Below, one piece after another: positions 1-8,774 of a stretch of 64,000 nucleotides of DNA; the stretch's first letter is position 1, and every line of letters begins with the position of its first letter. Position numbers and translations under genes: made by a program. The notes beneath the pieces were generated by a model. The model ran no database searches and had not been told where the DNA came from. It was given only the letters and a program-made list of their open reading frames with translations. The stretch is from a bacterium. GTDB lineage: Bacteria > Desulfobacterota > DSWW01. Location of the stretch: contig JBFLZG010000002.1 in NCBI GenBank assembly GCA_040756235.1, positions 160,369 to 224,368 of the forward strand, written 5' to 3'.

Positions 1-1
1 T

Positions 2-148
2 GTCGGAAGGATCGGCTCGGCTCGCAGGTGCTTGTGCTCTGGAGCGCTGGAGAATGCGATCATCACCGATCCGGACTGTATCCCCGACCGGATCAAGAGC
101 GACCTGCAGCCTCTCATTGGGAAGTACATCCCCCTGAGACCCGTTTGA
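2..148 (+). CDS. mtnP: 3' end of probable S-methyl-5'-thioadenosine phosphorylase (truncated by window edge)
   Basis: Frame 2 reads ...RRCLCSGALENAIITDPDCIPDRIKSDLQPLIGKYIPLRPV*, resembling the C-terminus of bacterial MTA phosphorylases (CxC..AL..AIIT...L.PLIGKY); stop TGA at 146-148, 12 nt before pfkB. Confidence 0.65.
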   Translation, partial: VGRIGSARRCLCSGALENAIITDPDCIPDRIKSDLQPLIGKYIPLRPV

Positions 149-160
149 GGAGCGATCCAG

Positions 161-1060
161 ATGAGCCTGCTGGTTGTCGGGTCCGTGGCCCTGGACTGCG
201 TGCAAACGCCTCAGGGGAGCGTGCGGGACAGTCTCGGGGGCTCGGCCACCTATTTTTCCGTTTCCGCGCGCCTCTTCTCGCGGGTGGGGATGGTCGCGGT
301 CGTCGGCCGCGACTTCCCGGAGGAACACGTGCAGTTCCTTCGATCGCGCGGCGTGGACCTCAGCGGAATGGAACGGCGCGAGGGCAAGACCTTTCGGTGG
401 CACGGTCGATACGGGCAGGACCTGAACGACGCGAAGACGCTCAAGACCGAGCTGAACGTGTTTGATGCTTTCCGTCCGAGTCTTCCTGCAGCCTACAGAG
501 AATCCCAATACCTGTTCCTGGCCAACATCGATCCGGACCTGCAGGTGAGTGTCCTCGAGCAAGTGAACGGCCCTCGACTCGTTGCTTGCGACACCATGAA
601 TTACTGGATCGTTTCCAAGCCCGAGGCGCTGAAGCGAGTCCTGAAGAGAGTCCATCTCTTTCTGGCCAATGAGGCAGAAGCCAAGCAACTCGCCCAGGAA
701 CACAACCTGCTCAAGGCGGCCCGAGCGCTCGTCCGTATGGGACCGTCGATCGTCATCATTAAACGTGGCGAATACGGGGCGCTCCTTTTCAAGGATGAGG
801 CCGTTTTCTGGGCACCGGCCTATCCTCTCGAGGCGATACTCGATCCCACGGGGGCCGGGGACTCCTTCGCCGGCGGTTTCATGGGGTATCTGAGCGCGCG
901 GGGAACTCTGGGTGAACGGGATCTGAGAAGGGCCTTGATCTATGGGAGCATCATGGCCTCTTTTTGCGTCGAAGACTTCGGCCTGGGACGGCTCGGAAGC
1001 GTGCGACGCCATGAAATCAGGGAGCGCTATGCGCTCTTCCGAAGTCTCACCCGTTTCTAG
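161..1060 (+). CDS. PfkB/ribokinase-family carbohydrate or nucleoside kinase
   Basis: N-terminal VVGSVALD and GGSA; NEAEA; C-terminal PfkB signature DPTGAGDSFAGG; RBS GAGGAG upstream. Confidence 0.92.
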   Translation: MSLLVVGSVALDCVQTPQGSVRDSLGGSATYFSVSARLFSRVGMVAVVGRDFPEEHVQFLRSRGVDLSGMERREGKTFRWHGRYGQDLNDAKTLKTELNVFDAFRPSLPAAYRESQYLFLANIDPDLQVSVLEQVNGPRLVACDTMNYWIVSKPEALKRVLKRVHLFLANEAEAKQLAQEHNLLKAARALVRMGPSIVIIKRGEYGALLFKDEAVFWAPAYPLEAILDPTGAGDSFAGGFMGYLSARGTLGERDLRRALIYGSIMASFCVEDFGLGRLGSVRRHEIRERYALFRSLTRF

Positions 1061-1897
1061 ATGGCTGCCCGTCAGGCGGCAGGAACAAAGCTCTTGGACA
1101 CGCTTGGCAGATATCTGAGGAAAGCCCGCAAAGAAAAAGGCATCTCTCTTGACGAGATTGCCGGCATCACGAAAATCAATCTGCGCTACCTCAGTTCGAT
1201 CGAAGAGGGCGGACATGGTCTGCTTCCTGCCGAGGTTTTCGTCGTCGGTTTCCTGAGGCAGTACGCCCAGGTCGTCGGCCTGGATCCGGAGGAGGTGGTC
1301 GCGCGTTACCGCATGGCTGCGGCGGGGAGGGGCCGCGGGTCGCCGGACCGCGAATCCAGCCGGTACCCGACCCACGGGAAGAAAGCCTTGCTCCTGTTGG
1401 CCGGTCTCCTGTTCTGCCTGTGCCTGCTCTGGCTGTTTCTGCGCCCGGGGGAATCGATTACGGAAGGGCGCATTCGGGCCATTCGGGTACCCAAATCCTC
1501 CAAAAAGGAGATCCTGAAGGCACAGCTCTGGAAGGATCTGGAGCTCGACTCAAGGGTGTCGTCCAGCGGCCTCGTGGAGGAGAACGGCTCGGTTGAGGGC
1601 GGGTTCCAGACAAGGGCTTACGGAGAGTCTCCATTGAGCCAGGACAGAGGGAAGGTGGAAATCATGGTCCAGGGGAGTCGCAAGACCTGGATCCAGGTCG
1701 AGATGGATGACCGGCCCGTCCTGGAGAGGAGTCTCAAGCCCGGCGATCAGCTCGCCTTCAGGGCCAACGAGAGGATACAGCTCCGGATCGGGAACGGCAA
1801 CGGAGTGAGAATCGTCTACAGGGGGAAAATCATCGAGAACCTGGGAGACAAAGACGACATCATCCAGATCACCTTTCCTCCCCTGGAACCAGGATAA
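1061..1897 (+). CDS. rodZ: RodZ-like membrane protein (XRE-type HTH, one TM helix, C-terminal DUF4115-like domain)
   Basis: LGRYLRKARKEKGISLDEIA..TKINLRYLSSIEEG HTH, GFLRQYAQVVGLD motif, hydrophobic helix, C-terminal W..V...IGNG.GV beta domain. Confidence 0.8.
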   Translation: MAARQAAGTKLLDTLGRYLRKARKEKGISLDEIAGITKINLRYLSSIEEGGHGLLPAEVFVVGFLRQYAQVVGLDPEEVVARYRMAAAGRGRGSPDRESSRYPTHGKKALLLLAGLLFCLCLLWLFLRPGESITEGRIRAIRVPKSSKKEILKAQLWKDLELDSRVSSSGLVEENGSVEGGFQTRAYGESPLSQDRGKVEIMVQGSRKTWIQVEMDDRPVLERSLKPGDQLAFRANERIQLRIGNGNGVRIVYRGKIIENLGDKDDIIQITFPPLEPG

Positions 1898-1939
1898 GGG
1901 GACGGGCGGGATGTCCGTCAGACTGTCCGGAGGCAATTC

Positions 1940-2728
1940 GTGCCCCGATTCCAGGAGTCGGCATTCGTTTTGAGAAAATGGGATTTCGGCGAATCCGATC
2001 AGGTGGTCAGTCTCCTGACCCGCGGCAAGGGCCGGCTGAGAGGCATCGCGAAAGGAGCCAAGAGGAGCAAGAAACGCTTCGGGGGCCTGCTGTCCCCTTT
2101 CATGATGATCCAGGTGGAGTGTTTTGAAAAACAAACCGGTGAGCTGGTGCGGGTCGAGGGCTGCACCCTCCTGCGGTATTTTTCCCGAATCCAGGAGGAC
2201 CTTCCGAAGCTGCTGATGGGATGCACCGTGCTGGAGGTCATGGACCGATTGTTGCCGGAGGGAGAGACGGGCCACGGGTTCTTCCAGCTGGCCGAGGAGT
2301 CCTTTTCCTACCTGGAAGCAGAGGAGGAGGGATTGGGTTCATTCCCGACAAAGTTCTTCCTCAAGGTCGTGGCCCTCCTGGGGCTGGAGCCGCAGTTCGG
2401 AAACTGCGTCCACTGCAGAAGGAGAATCGCTCCCGCAGGCCTGTTCGGGTTCTCCGTGCCCCAAGGGGGGGCCGTGTGCGGCTCCTGCATCCGAAGAGGC
2501 ACCGCGACCCACCGGGTTTCGGCACAGACGTTGTCCATGCTTCGAAAGTGGCTTTGGGCTCCGCTGAGCGAGCCTTCGGGTTGCGATTGCCTCCCGAGCG
2601 CAGTGGGTGAAGCCGAGGCCATCTTGAGCGCCTTCATCTCTTTTCACGCAGGCAGAGATCTTCGGTCCCTGCAGGTTCTGCGGAAGATCTTTGCTGCGCA
2701 AGCCGGGCTGAACAGAAAGGATGTGTGA
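1940..2728 (+). CDS. recO: DNA repair protein RecO
   Basis: VLRKWDFGESDQVVSLLT...AKGAKRSKKRFGG; CVHC...CGSC zinc finger; precedes glyQ. Confidence 0.95.
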   Translation: MPRFQESAFVLRKWDFGESDQVVSLLTRGKGRLRGIAKGAKRSKKRFGGLLSPFMMIQVECFEKQTGELVRVEGCTLLRYFSRIQEDLPKLLMGCTVLEVMDRLLPEGETGHGFFQLAEESFSYLEAEEEGLGSFPTKFFLKVVALLGLEPQFGNCVHCRRRIAPAGLFGFSVPQGGAVCGSCIRRGTATHRVSAQTLSMLRKWLWAPLSEPSGCDCLPSAVGEAEAILSAFISFHAGRDLRSLQVLRKIFAAQAGLNRKDV

Positions 2729-2734
2729 TCGCCT

Positions 2735-3589
2735 GTGCAGGTACAAGAGCTGATTCTGACTTTGAGCCGCTTCTGGTCGGAAAAAGGGTGTGTCCTCCAA
2801 CAGCCCTATGACTTGGAAGTCGGCGCGGGAACCTTTCATCCGGCGACCTTCTTTGGCGTGCTGGGGGCAGATCCATGGAGGGTTGCCTTTGTGCAGCCCT
2901 CCCGTAGGCCGACCGACGGAAGATACGGCCAGAACCCGAACAGGCTGCAACACTATTATCAATACCAGGTGATCCTCAAGCCTTCTCCGGCCGACGTCCA
3001 GGAACTGTATCTGGAAAGTCTGGAACGGCTCGGTGTCCAGCTGGAGAAGCACGATGTGCGCTTTGTGGAGGACGATTGGGAATCTCCCACTCTGGGAGCC
3101 TGGGGCCTCGGCTGGGAGGTTTGGCTGGACGGAATGGAGATCACCCAATTCACCTACTTCCAGCAGTCCGGCGGATTCGACTTGAAGCCGATCTCCGTCG
3201 AGATCACCTATGGCATCGAGCGCATTGCGATGTACCTCCAGGAGATTGACAACGTCTTCCAACTGCGCTGGAACGAGACGACTTCATACGGAGAAATGCA
3301 TTTGCAGGCGGAGGTTGAGCACTGCCGTTTCAACTTCGAAGAAGCGGACGTGAGCATGCTGCTCTACCTGTTCGAGCTGTACGAAAAAGAAGGCAAGCGC
3401 CTGCTGGAGAGAAGGCTCGTGTACCCCGCCTACGATTTCTGTCTGAAATGCTCACACGCGTTCAATCTTCTGGATGCCAGGGGAGCCATCGGCGTGGACG
3501 AACGGACCCTCTACATCCAGCGTGTACGATCGCTGGCGCAGGGGTGCGCAAGGTGCTACTTGGAGAAGTCCGTCGGAACGTCCGGGTGA
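2735..3589 (+). CDS. glyQ: Glycine--tRNA ligase alpha subunit
   Basis: [46 protein letters not shown]. Confidence 0.98.
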   Translation: MQVQELILTLSRFWSEKGCVLQQPYDLEVGAGTFHPATFFGVLGADPWRVAFVQPSRRPTDGRYGQNPNRLQHYYQYQVILKPSPADVQELYLESLERLGVQLEKHDVRFVEDDWESPTLGAWGLGWEVWLDGMEITQFTYFQQSGGFDLKPISVEITYGIERIAMYLQEIDNVFQLRWNETTSYGEMHLQAEVEHCRFNFEEADVSMLLYLFELYEKEGKRLLERRLVYPAYDFCLKCSHAFNLLDARGAIGVDERTLYIQRVRSLAQGCARCYLEKSVGTSG

Positions 3590-3626
3590 GGTCGGCTGCT
3601 CGCAAGAGGGGGTGTCGAAAAGGGTC

Positions 3627-5723
3627 ATGAGGAACGACTTCGTGCTGGAGATCGGAAGCGAGGAGATTCCCGCAGCTTTCCTCCCGGAAGCGCTGCTGAA
3701 TGCCGCCAGGAGTGCGGAAGAGCTGTTCAACGCAAACCGCATCTCCTACGAGTCTCTGGTTGTCAAAGGCACGCCCAGGCGTCTCGTGCTGTACGTGTCC
3801 GGCCTAGCCGACCGGCAGGAGATGCGGGTGCAGGAGATCACCGGTCCGCCCCGCTCGGTGGCTCTCAACTCGGAAGGAAAGCCCACGAAGGCGCTGGAGA
3901 AGTTCTGTGCGCGCTACCAGTGCGATGCTGCCGGCGTTGCATGGGTGCGAACCGAGAAAGGGGAATATGCGTCGGTCCGGGTCACGGAGGGAGGTCGAAA
4001 GACCGTCGAGATCCTGGAAAGCATTCTGACGTCTTGGGTTCTGAGCATCCCGTTTCCGAAGTCCATGAGGTGGGGGGACCAGGATCTACGCTTCGTGCGT
4101 CCTGTGCGATGGCTCATGGCGCTGTACGGAGAGGATGTGGTCCCGATCCAGATCGGGGACGTGCGGAGCTCCAAAAGAACCTTGGGACATCGTTTCCTAT
4201 CGGAGCGCAAGGGGATCGAGGTCCGAACCCCCGGAGAGCACGAGGGCCGACTTCTCGAGCAGAAGGTCATCCTGGATCCGCAGGAGAGACGGGGGATCAT
4301 CCTGAGCAAGGCCCGAAGCCTGGCTGCGGAAGTGAGCGGAAGGCTGATCGAGGACGAAGCCTTGCTGCAGCAGTTGGTCTACTTGACAGAGTACCCGGTC
4401 CCTATCCGCGGGGGTTTCGAACCCGGATTCCTGGCGCTGCCCGAGCCGGTCCTCATCGCGACGCTGCGGGACCATCAGAAGTATCTCGCCGTTCGCGATG
4501 TCGGCACGGATCGTCTTCTCCCGCATTTCATCGCCGTTGCCAATACGGAAAGCGAGGACATGAGGCTGATCCGGAAAGGGAACGAACGAGTGCTGAGAGC
4601 TCGTCTCGAAGATGCGAAATTTTTCTTCGACGAGGACCTGAAGACGAGACTCGAGGACCATCTGGAGCCGCTCAAGCACGTCATCTATCATAAGAAACTC
4701 GGGACTTCCTATGAAAAGGTCGTTCGCATCCGCACCCTGGCGGATTTTCTTTGCCGTCAGCTCTGCCCTGAGAAGGCCTCGACGGTCAGCCGGGCGGCTC
4801 TGCTGTGCAAGTCGGATCTCGTGAGCCAGATGGTCGGGGAGTTTCCGGAGCTGCAGGGTACGATGGGAGGCGTCTACGCGGCGTGCGGTGGAGAAGACCC
4901 TGAAGTCGCTCAGGCGATCCGGGAACACTACCAGCCGGTTTCTGCCGAAGGAGAGATCCCGGAGTCTTTGGCCGGCTCGATCCTGAGCCTTGCGGACAAG
5001 ACCGACACGGTCGTCGGCTTCTTCGGCATCGGCGCCACCATCAGCGGGACCTCCGATCCGTTCGGTCTGCGCAGAAGGGCGATCGGGATCTTGCGAATTC
5101 TCCTCGAGAGGCAACTCCAAGTCTCTTTGTCCCGCTTGTTGGACCAAAGCCTGGAGATTCTGAAAGATCGGATTTCCAAGGACCCGCGGCAGGTCCGGCA
5201 GGAAGTGGCCGATTTCTTGCGATCACGCTTTCAGCATCTCCTACTGGGTCGCGGGTTGCCCCACGACACCATCGAGGCCGTGCTCCAGCTGGGTTTTGAT
5301 GACGTGCCGGACTGCTTTCGTCGGATCGAACATCTGGAAAGAATGCGCTCCGATCCGGCTTTCCAGCAGCTCATCCTCGGCTGCAAGCGGACGGTCAACA
5401 TCCTTCAGCAGGCCAGGAAGGAGTACGATTACCAGGGGCCGGTACGAGCCTTCACGCCGAACGATTACACGAAGGATGCCGAGGTGGAGCTCCTGAAGGC
5501 CGCGGACCGGGCCGCCTCTCGTGTCGAGGGGCTCATGGAGAAGAGGGACTACGGCAAGGTCCTCGAGGCGCTCGTGGCGATCAAGACCCCGATTGATCGT
5601 TTCTTCGAAGATGTGATGGTACTGGTGGATGAGTCGGACGTGCGCACAGCCAGATTGAGCCTTCTATTCAAAATTTCTAAAATATTCGGATCATTTGCTG
5701 ATTTTTCTAAGATCGTGCTTTAA
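3627..5723 (+). CDS. glyS: Glycine--tRNA ligase beta subunit
   Basis: FVLEIGSEEIP, TPRRL, FPKSMRWG, FVRPVRW, MVGEFPELQG, SDPFGLRR; start moved to ATG 3627 (the ORF-track upstream extension overlaps glyQ). Confidence 0.97.
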   Translation: MRNDFVLEIGSEEIPAAFLPEALLNAARSAEELFNANRISYESLVVKGTPRRLVLYVSGLADRQEMRVQEITGPPRSVALNSEGKPTKALEKFCARYQCDAAGVAWVRTEKGEYASVRVTEGGRKTVEILESILTSWVLSIPFPKSMRWGDQDLRFVRPVRWLMALYGEDVVPIQIGDVRSSKRTLGHRFLSERKGIEVRTPGEHEGRLLEQKVILDPQERRGIILSKARSLAAEVSGRLIEDEALLQQLVYLTEYPVPIRGGFEPGFLALPEPVLIATLRDHQKYLAVRDVGTDRLLPHFIAVANTESEDMRLIRKGNERVLRARLEDAKFFFDEDLKTRLEDHLEPLKHVIYHKKLGTSYEKVVRIRTLADFLCRQLCPEKASTVSRAALLCKSDLVSQMVGEFPELQGTMGGVYAACGGEDPEVAQAIREHYQPVSAEGEIPESLAGSILSLADKTDTVVGFFGIGATISGTSDPFGLRRRAIGILRILLERQLQVSLSRLLDQSLEILKDRISKDPRQVRQEVADFLRSRFQHLLLGRGLPHDTIEAVLQLGFDDVPDCFRRIEHLERMRSDPAFQQLILGCKRTVNILQQARKEYDYQGPVRAFTPNDYTKDAEVELLKAADRAASRVEGLMEKRDYGKVLEALVAIKTPIDRFFEDVMVLVDESDVRTARLSLLFKISKIFGSFADFSKIVL

Positions 5724-5741
5724 CTAGGGAGGAGGTTCTTC

Positions 5742-8468
5742 ATGACGGCCAAGAGAGACGTGTACTTTTTCGGCGACGGCAAGGCTGATGGAAAAGCTGC
5801 ATGGAAGGATCTGTTGGGTGGAAAGGGGGCCAATTTGGCGGAAATGACCAATCTGCGCATCCCGGTTCCCCCCGGATTCACGATCACGACCGAAGTGTGC
5901 ACGGCTTTCTACAAAGAGAAAGGGAAATATCCCCCCGGCCTCAAAGACCAGGTCGGCCGAGCTATGAAGAGAGTCGAGAAGATATTAGGGAGGCGCTTCG
6001 GACATCGGGACGATCCGCTGTTGGTTTCCGTGCGCTCGGGCGCCAGGAGCTCCATGCCGGGGATGATGGAAACGGTTCTGAATATCGGTCTGACGACCGG
6101 GACCATCCCCGGTCTCATCGCGAGGACGAAGAACGATCGGTCTGTCTACGATGCGTATCGAAGGCTGATCATGATGTATTCGGACGTCGTGATGGAAAAG
6201 GCCGCCGGCATCGAAGCGGCCGAGAATCAGGGCATCCGGCGGGTTCTGGAACATGAGATGGACAAAATGAAGAAGGAGCGAGGCGTCCAATCGGACGTCG
6301 AGCTCAGCACCGAAGACCTGAAGGAGTTGGTCGGGATCTTCAAGAAGAAGGTGAGAGAAGTCCTCGGCACGTCTTTCCCGGATGAGGCGGAGGAACAGCT
6401 CTGGGGGGGGATCGGTGCCGTCTTTCAATCCTGGAACGGAAAGAGGGCCATCGCTTACCGAAGGATCGAAGGCATACCGGATGACTGGGGAACGGCCGTG
6501 AATGTTCAGGCCATGGTCTTCGGCAACACGGGCGACCTGTCGGCCACGGGGGTGGCGTTCACGCGGAATCCTGCGACCGGAGAAAAAGTGTTCTACGGAG
6601 AATGGTTGCCGAATGCACAGGGAGAGGACGTGGTCGCCGGCATCCGGACGCCGATGCCGCTGAACAAGGCCTGCAAGACCGAGGAGAACAGGCATCTGGC
6701 CTCTCTCGAGGAAGTGATGCCGCAGGTTTACCGGCAACTGGATCAAATCCGCAGGAACCTCGAGCGGCACTACAAGAACATGCAGGACCTCGAGTTCACG
6801 ATCGAAGACGGCCGACTCTGGATGCTCCAGACCCGCGACGGCAAGAGGACCGGGACGGCCGGCATCCGGATGGCCGTAGAGATGTGCAGGGAGGGGCTGA
6901 TCGACAGGAAGACCGCCCTGCTTCGGATCAAGCCCGAAAGCCTGGACGAATTCCTGCATCCCATGATTGATCCCGAAGGGGAGAAGCGCACCAAGCCGCT
7001 GGCCAGGGGGCTGCCTGCCGGACCTGGAGCGGCCAGCGGCGAGATCGTTCTTTCGGCGGACCGGGCGGAGGCATGGGCAGGACAAGGCAGAAAGGTGGTC
7101 CTGGTGAGGACGGAGACATCGCCTGAGGACGTTCACGGCATGCACGCCGCGCAGGCGATCCTGACGGCGCGCGGAGGGATGACGAGCCATGCGGCGCTGG
7201 TCGCCAGGGGGTGGGGCAAGTGTTGCATCGTGGGCTGCGGGGCCCTGTCGATTCATGACCAGAGAAGAGAGGTCGATGTCAACGGAAGAGTGTTGAAAGA
7301 GGGCGATATCATCACTCTGAACGGTACCAGGGGGCTCGTCTACGAAGGAGCGCTGAAACTCATTCCGGCAGATCCCGAGCGAAACGTGCATTACAGGCAG
7401 TTGATGAAGTGGGCGGACAAAGAGCGTCGGTTGGGGATCCGCACCAACGCGGACCGGCCGGACGACGCAAGGAAAGCGCGGCAGTTCGGGGCCGAAGGCA
7501 TCGGATTATGCAGGACCGAGCATATGTTCTTCGACCCGGAGCGCATTCAAGCGATGAGGGAGATGATCGTAGCCGGATCCAGAGAACAGCGGCGCCATGC
7601 CATCATGAAGTTGCTCCCGTACCAGCGGAAGGATTTCGAGCAGATCATGGAAGCCATGGAGGGACTTCCGGTCACGATACGGTTGCTGGATCCGCCGCTG
7701 CATGAGTTTGTGAGCTTGGACAGGAAACAGGTGGAGGAGTTGGCGGGGCAGCTGAAGGTCTCTCCGGAAACGCTCCAGGCCAGAATCCAGCAGCTGCACG
7801 AACTGAACCCGATGTTGGGGCACCGCGGCTGCCGCTTGGGAATCACCTATCCCGAGATCTCCGAGATGCAGGCCAGGGCGATCTTTGAGGCAGCGGCATC
7901 GCTGAAGAAGCGCAAGAAAAGGGTGTATCCAGAAGTCATGATCCCGCTGGTGGGCAATGAAAAGGAGTTGAAGGACCAAAAGGAGATCGTCCAGCGAGTG
8001 GCCTTGGAGGTCCAGAAAGAGACCGGCGCCAAGTTTCCGTTCCTGATCGGCACCATGATCGAAATTCCGCGGGCCTGTGTCGTTGCGGACCGGATCGCGG
8101 AGGAAGCGGAGTTCTTTTCGTTCGGTACCAATGACCTCACCCAGACGACCTTCGGATTCTCGCGTGACGACGTCGGGTCCTTCTTGCCGGAGTATCTGGC
8201 CAAGAAGATTCTTCCCGAAGATCCTTTCCAGTCGCTGGACATCGAAGGAGTGGGCGCGCTCGTCCAGTCGGCTGTGCAAAAGGGAAGGAACGCCCGCGGC
8301 AAGCTGAAGATAGGGGTATGCGGCGAACATGGAGGGGACCCGAAATCCATCCGCTTCTTCCACGCGGCAGGATTGGACTACGTGAGCTGTTCTCCCTTCA
8401 GAGTACCCATCGCACGACTGTCCGCTGCCCAGGCTTCGCTTGATTCGCGGAAGCCGAAGAAGGGTTAG
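5742..8468 (+). CDS. ppdK: Pyruvate, phosphate dikinase
   Basis: GGKGANLAEM, SVRSGA..SMPGMM, phospho-His motif GGMTSHAA, GIGLCRTEHMF, FSFGTNDLTQ. Confidence 0.98.
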   Translation: MTAKRDVYFFGDGKADGKAAWKDLLGGKGANLAEMTNLRIPVPPGFTITTEVCTAFYKEKGKYPPGLKDQVGRAMKRVEKILGRRFGHRDDPLLVSVRSGARSSMPGMMETVLNIGLTTGTIPGLIARTKNDRSVYDAYRRLIMMYSDVVMEKAAGIEAAENQGIRRVLEHEMDKMKKERGVQSDVELSTEDLKELVGIFKKKVREVLGTSFPDEAEEQLWGGIGAVFQSWNGKRAIAYRRIEGIPDDWGTAVNVQAMVFGNTGDLSATGVAFTRNPATGEKVFYGEWLPNAQGEDVVAGIRTPMPLNKACKTEENRHLASLEEVMPQVYRQLDQIRRNLERHYKNMQDLEFTIEDGRLWMLQTRDGKRTGTAGIRMAVEMCREGLIDRKTALLRIKPESLDEFLHPMIDPEGEKRTKPLARGLPAGPGAASGEIVLSADRAEAWAGQGRKVVLVRTETSPEDVHGMHAAQAILTARGGMTSHAALVARGWGKCCIVGCGALSIHDQRREVDVNGRVLKEGDIITLNGTRGLVYEGALKLIPADPERNVHYRQLMKWADKERRLGIRTNADRPDDARKARQFGAEGIGLCRTEHMFFDPERIQAMREMIVAGSREQRRHAIMKLLPYQRKDFEQIMEAMEGLPVTIRLLDPPLHEFVSLDRKQVEELAGQLKVSPETLQARIQQLHELNPMLGHRGCRLGITYPEISEMQARAIFEAAASLKKRKKRVYPEVMIPLVGNEKELKDQKEIVQRVALEVQKETGAKFPFLIGTMIEIPRACVVADRIAEEAEFFSFGTNDLTQTTFGFSRDDVGSFLPEYLAKKILPEDPFQSLDIEGVGALVQSAVQKGRNARGKLKIGVCGEHGGDPKSIRFFHAAGLDYVSCSPFRVPIARLSAAQASLDSRKPKKG

Positions 8469-8658
8469 AGGAGGGCCCCCGCCGCTGGCCGCCGTCCGCA
8501 TCTGGAAGAGCCTCGTAGCTTGGCCCGGTGCGGGTCGGCCAGGGCCCGGCGGGGGTGAATCGTCCCATCAGAGTCTCCACACTACCCTGCCCGACGCACA
8601 GCGGATCCCTTCCGAATCTCCCTTCCGGAACCCTGCAGTTAGGCCGTCGAGTCTGAAG

Positions 8659-8674
8659 CCACAAGATCTAGTGG
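8659..8674. promoter_or_regulatory. Candidate NrdR-box-like palindrome CCACAAGATCTAGTGG
   Basis: 16-bp imperfect palindrome matching the ACACwATATATwGTGT consensus at 12 of 16 positions, 40 bp upstream of the smc -35. Confidence 0.4.
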
Positions 8675-8713
8675 TTTGGTGCCGTAGAGAGCACTGTAAG
8701 TTGTATTTTTCTC

Positions 8714-8742
8714 TTTACAACCGTCGGAGAAGTCACTATAGT
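8714..8742 (+). promoter_or_regulatory. sigma70-type promoter for smc-ftsY
   Basis: TTTACA-17 nt-TATAGT in an AT-rich patch 32 nt before the smc ATG. Confidence 0.6.
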
Positions 8743-8774
8743 GTGGTGAATTTTACCACAAGGGCGCTGGCTCC

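Noticed and set aside
8476..8555. CCCCCGCCG/CGGCGGGGG inverted repeat after ppdK
   Set aside because: Large loop, no U tract and low-complexity GC arms; compatible with chance or a generic 3' structure.
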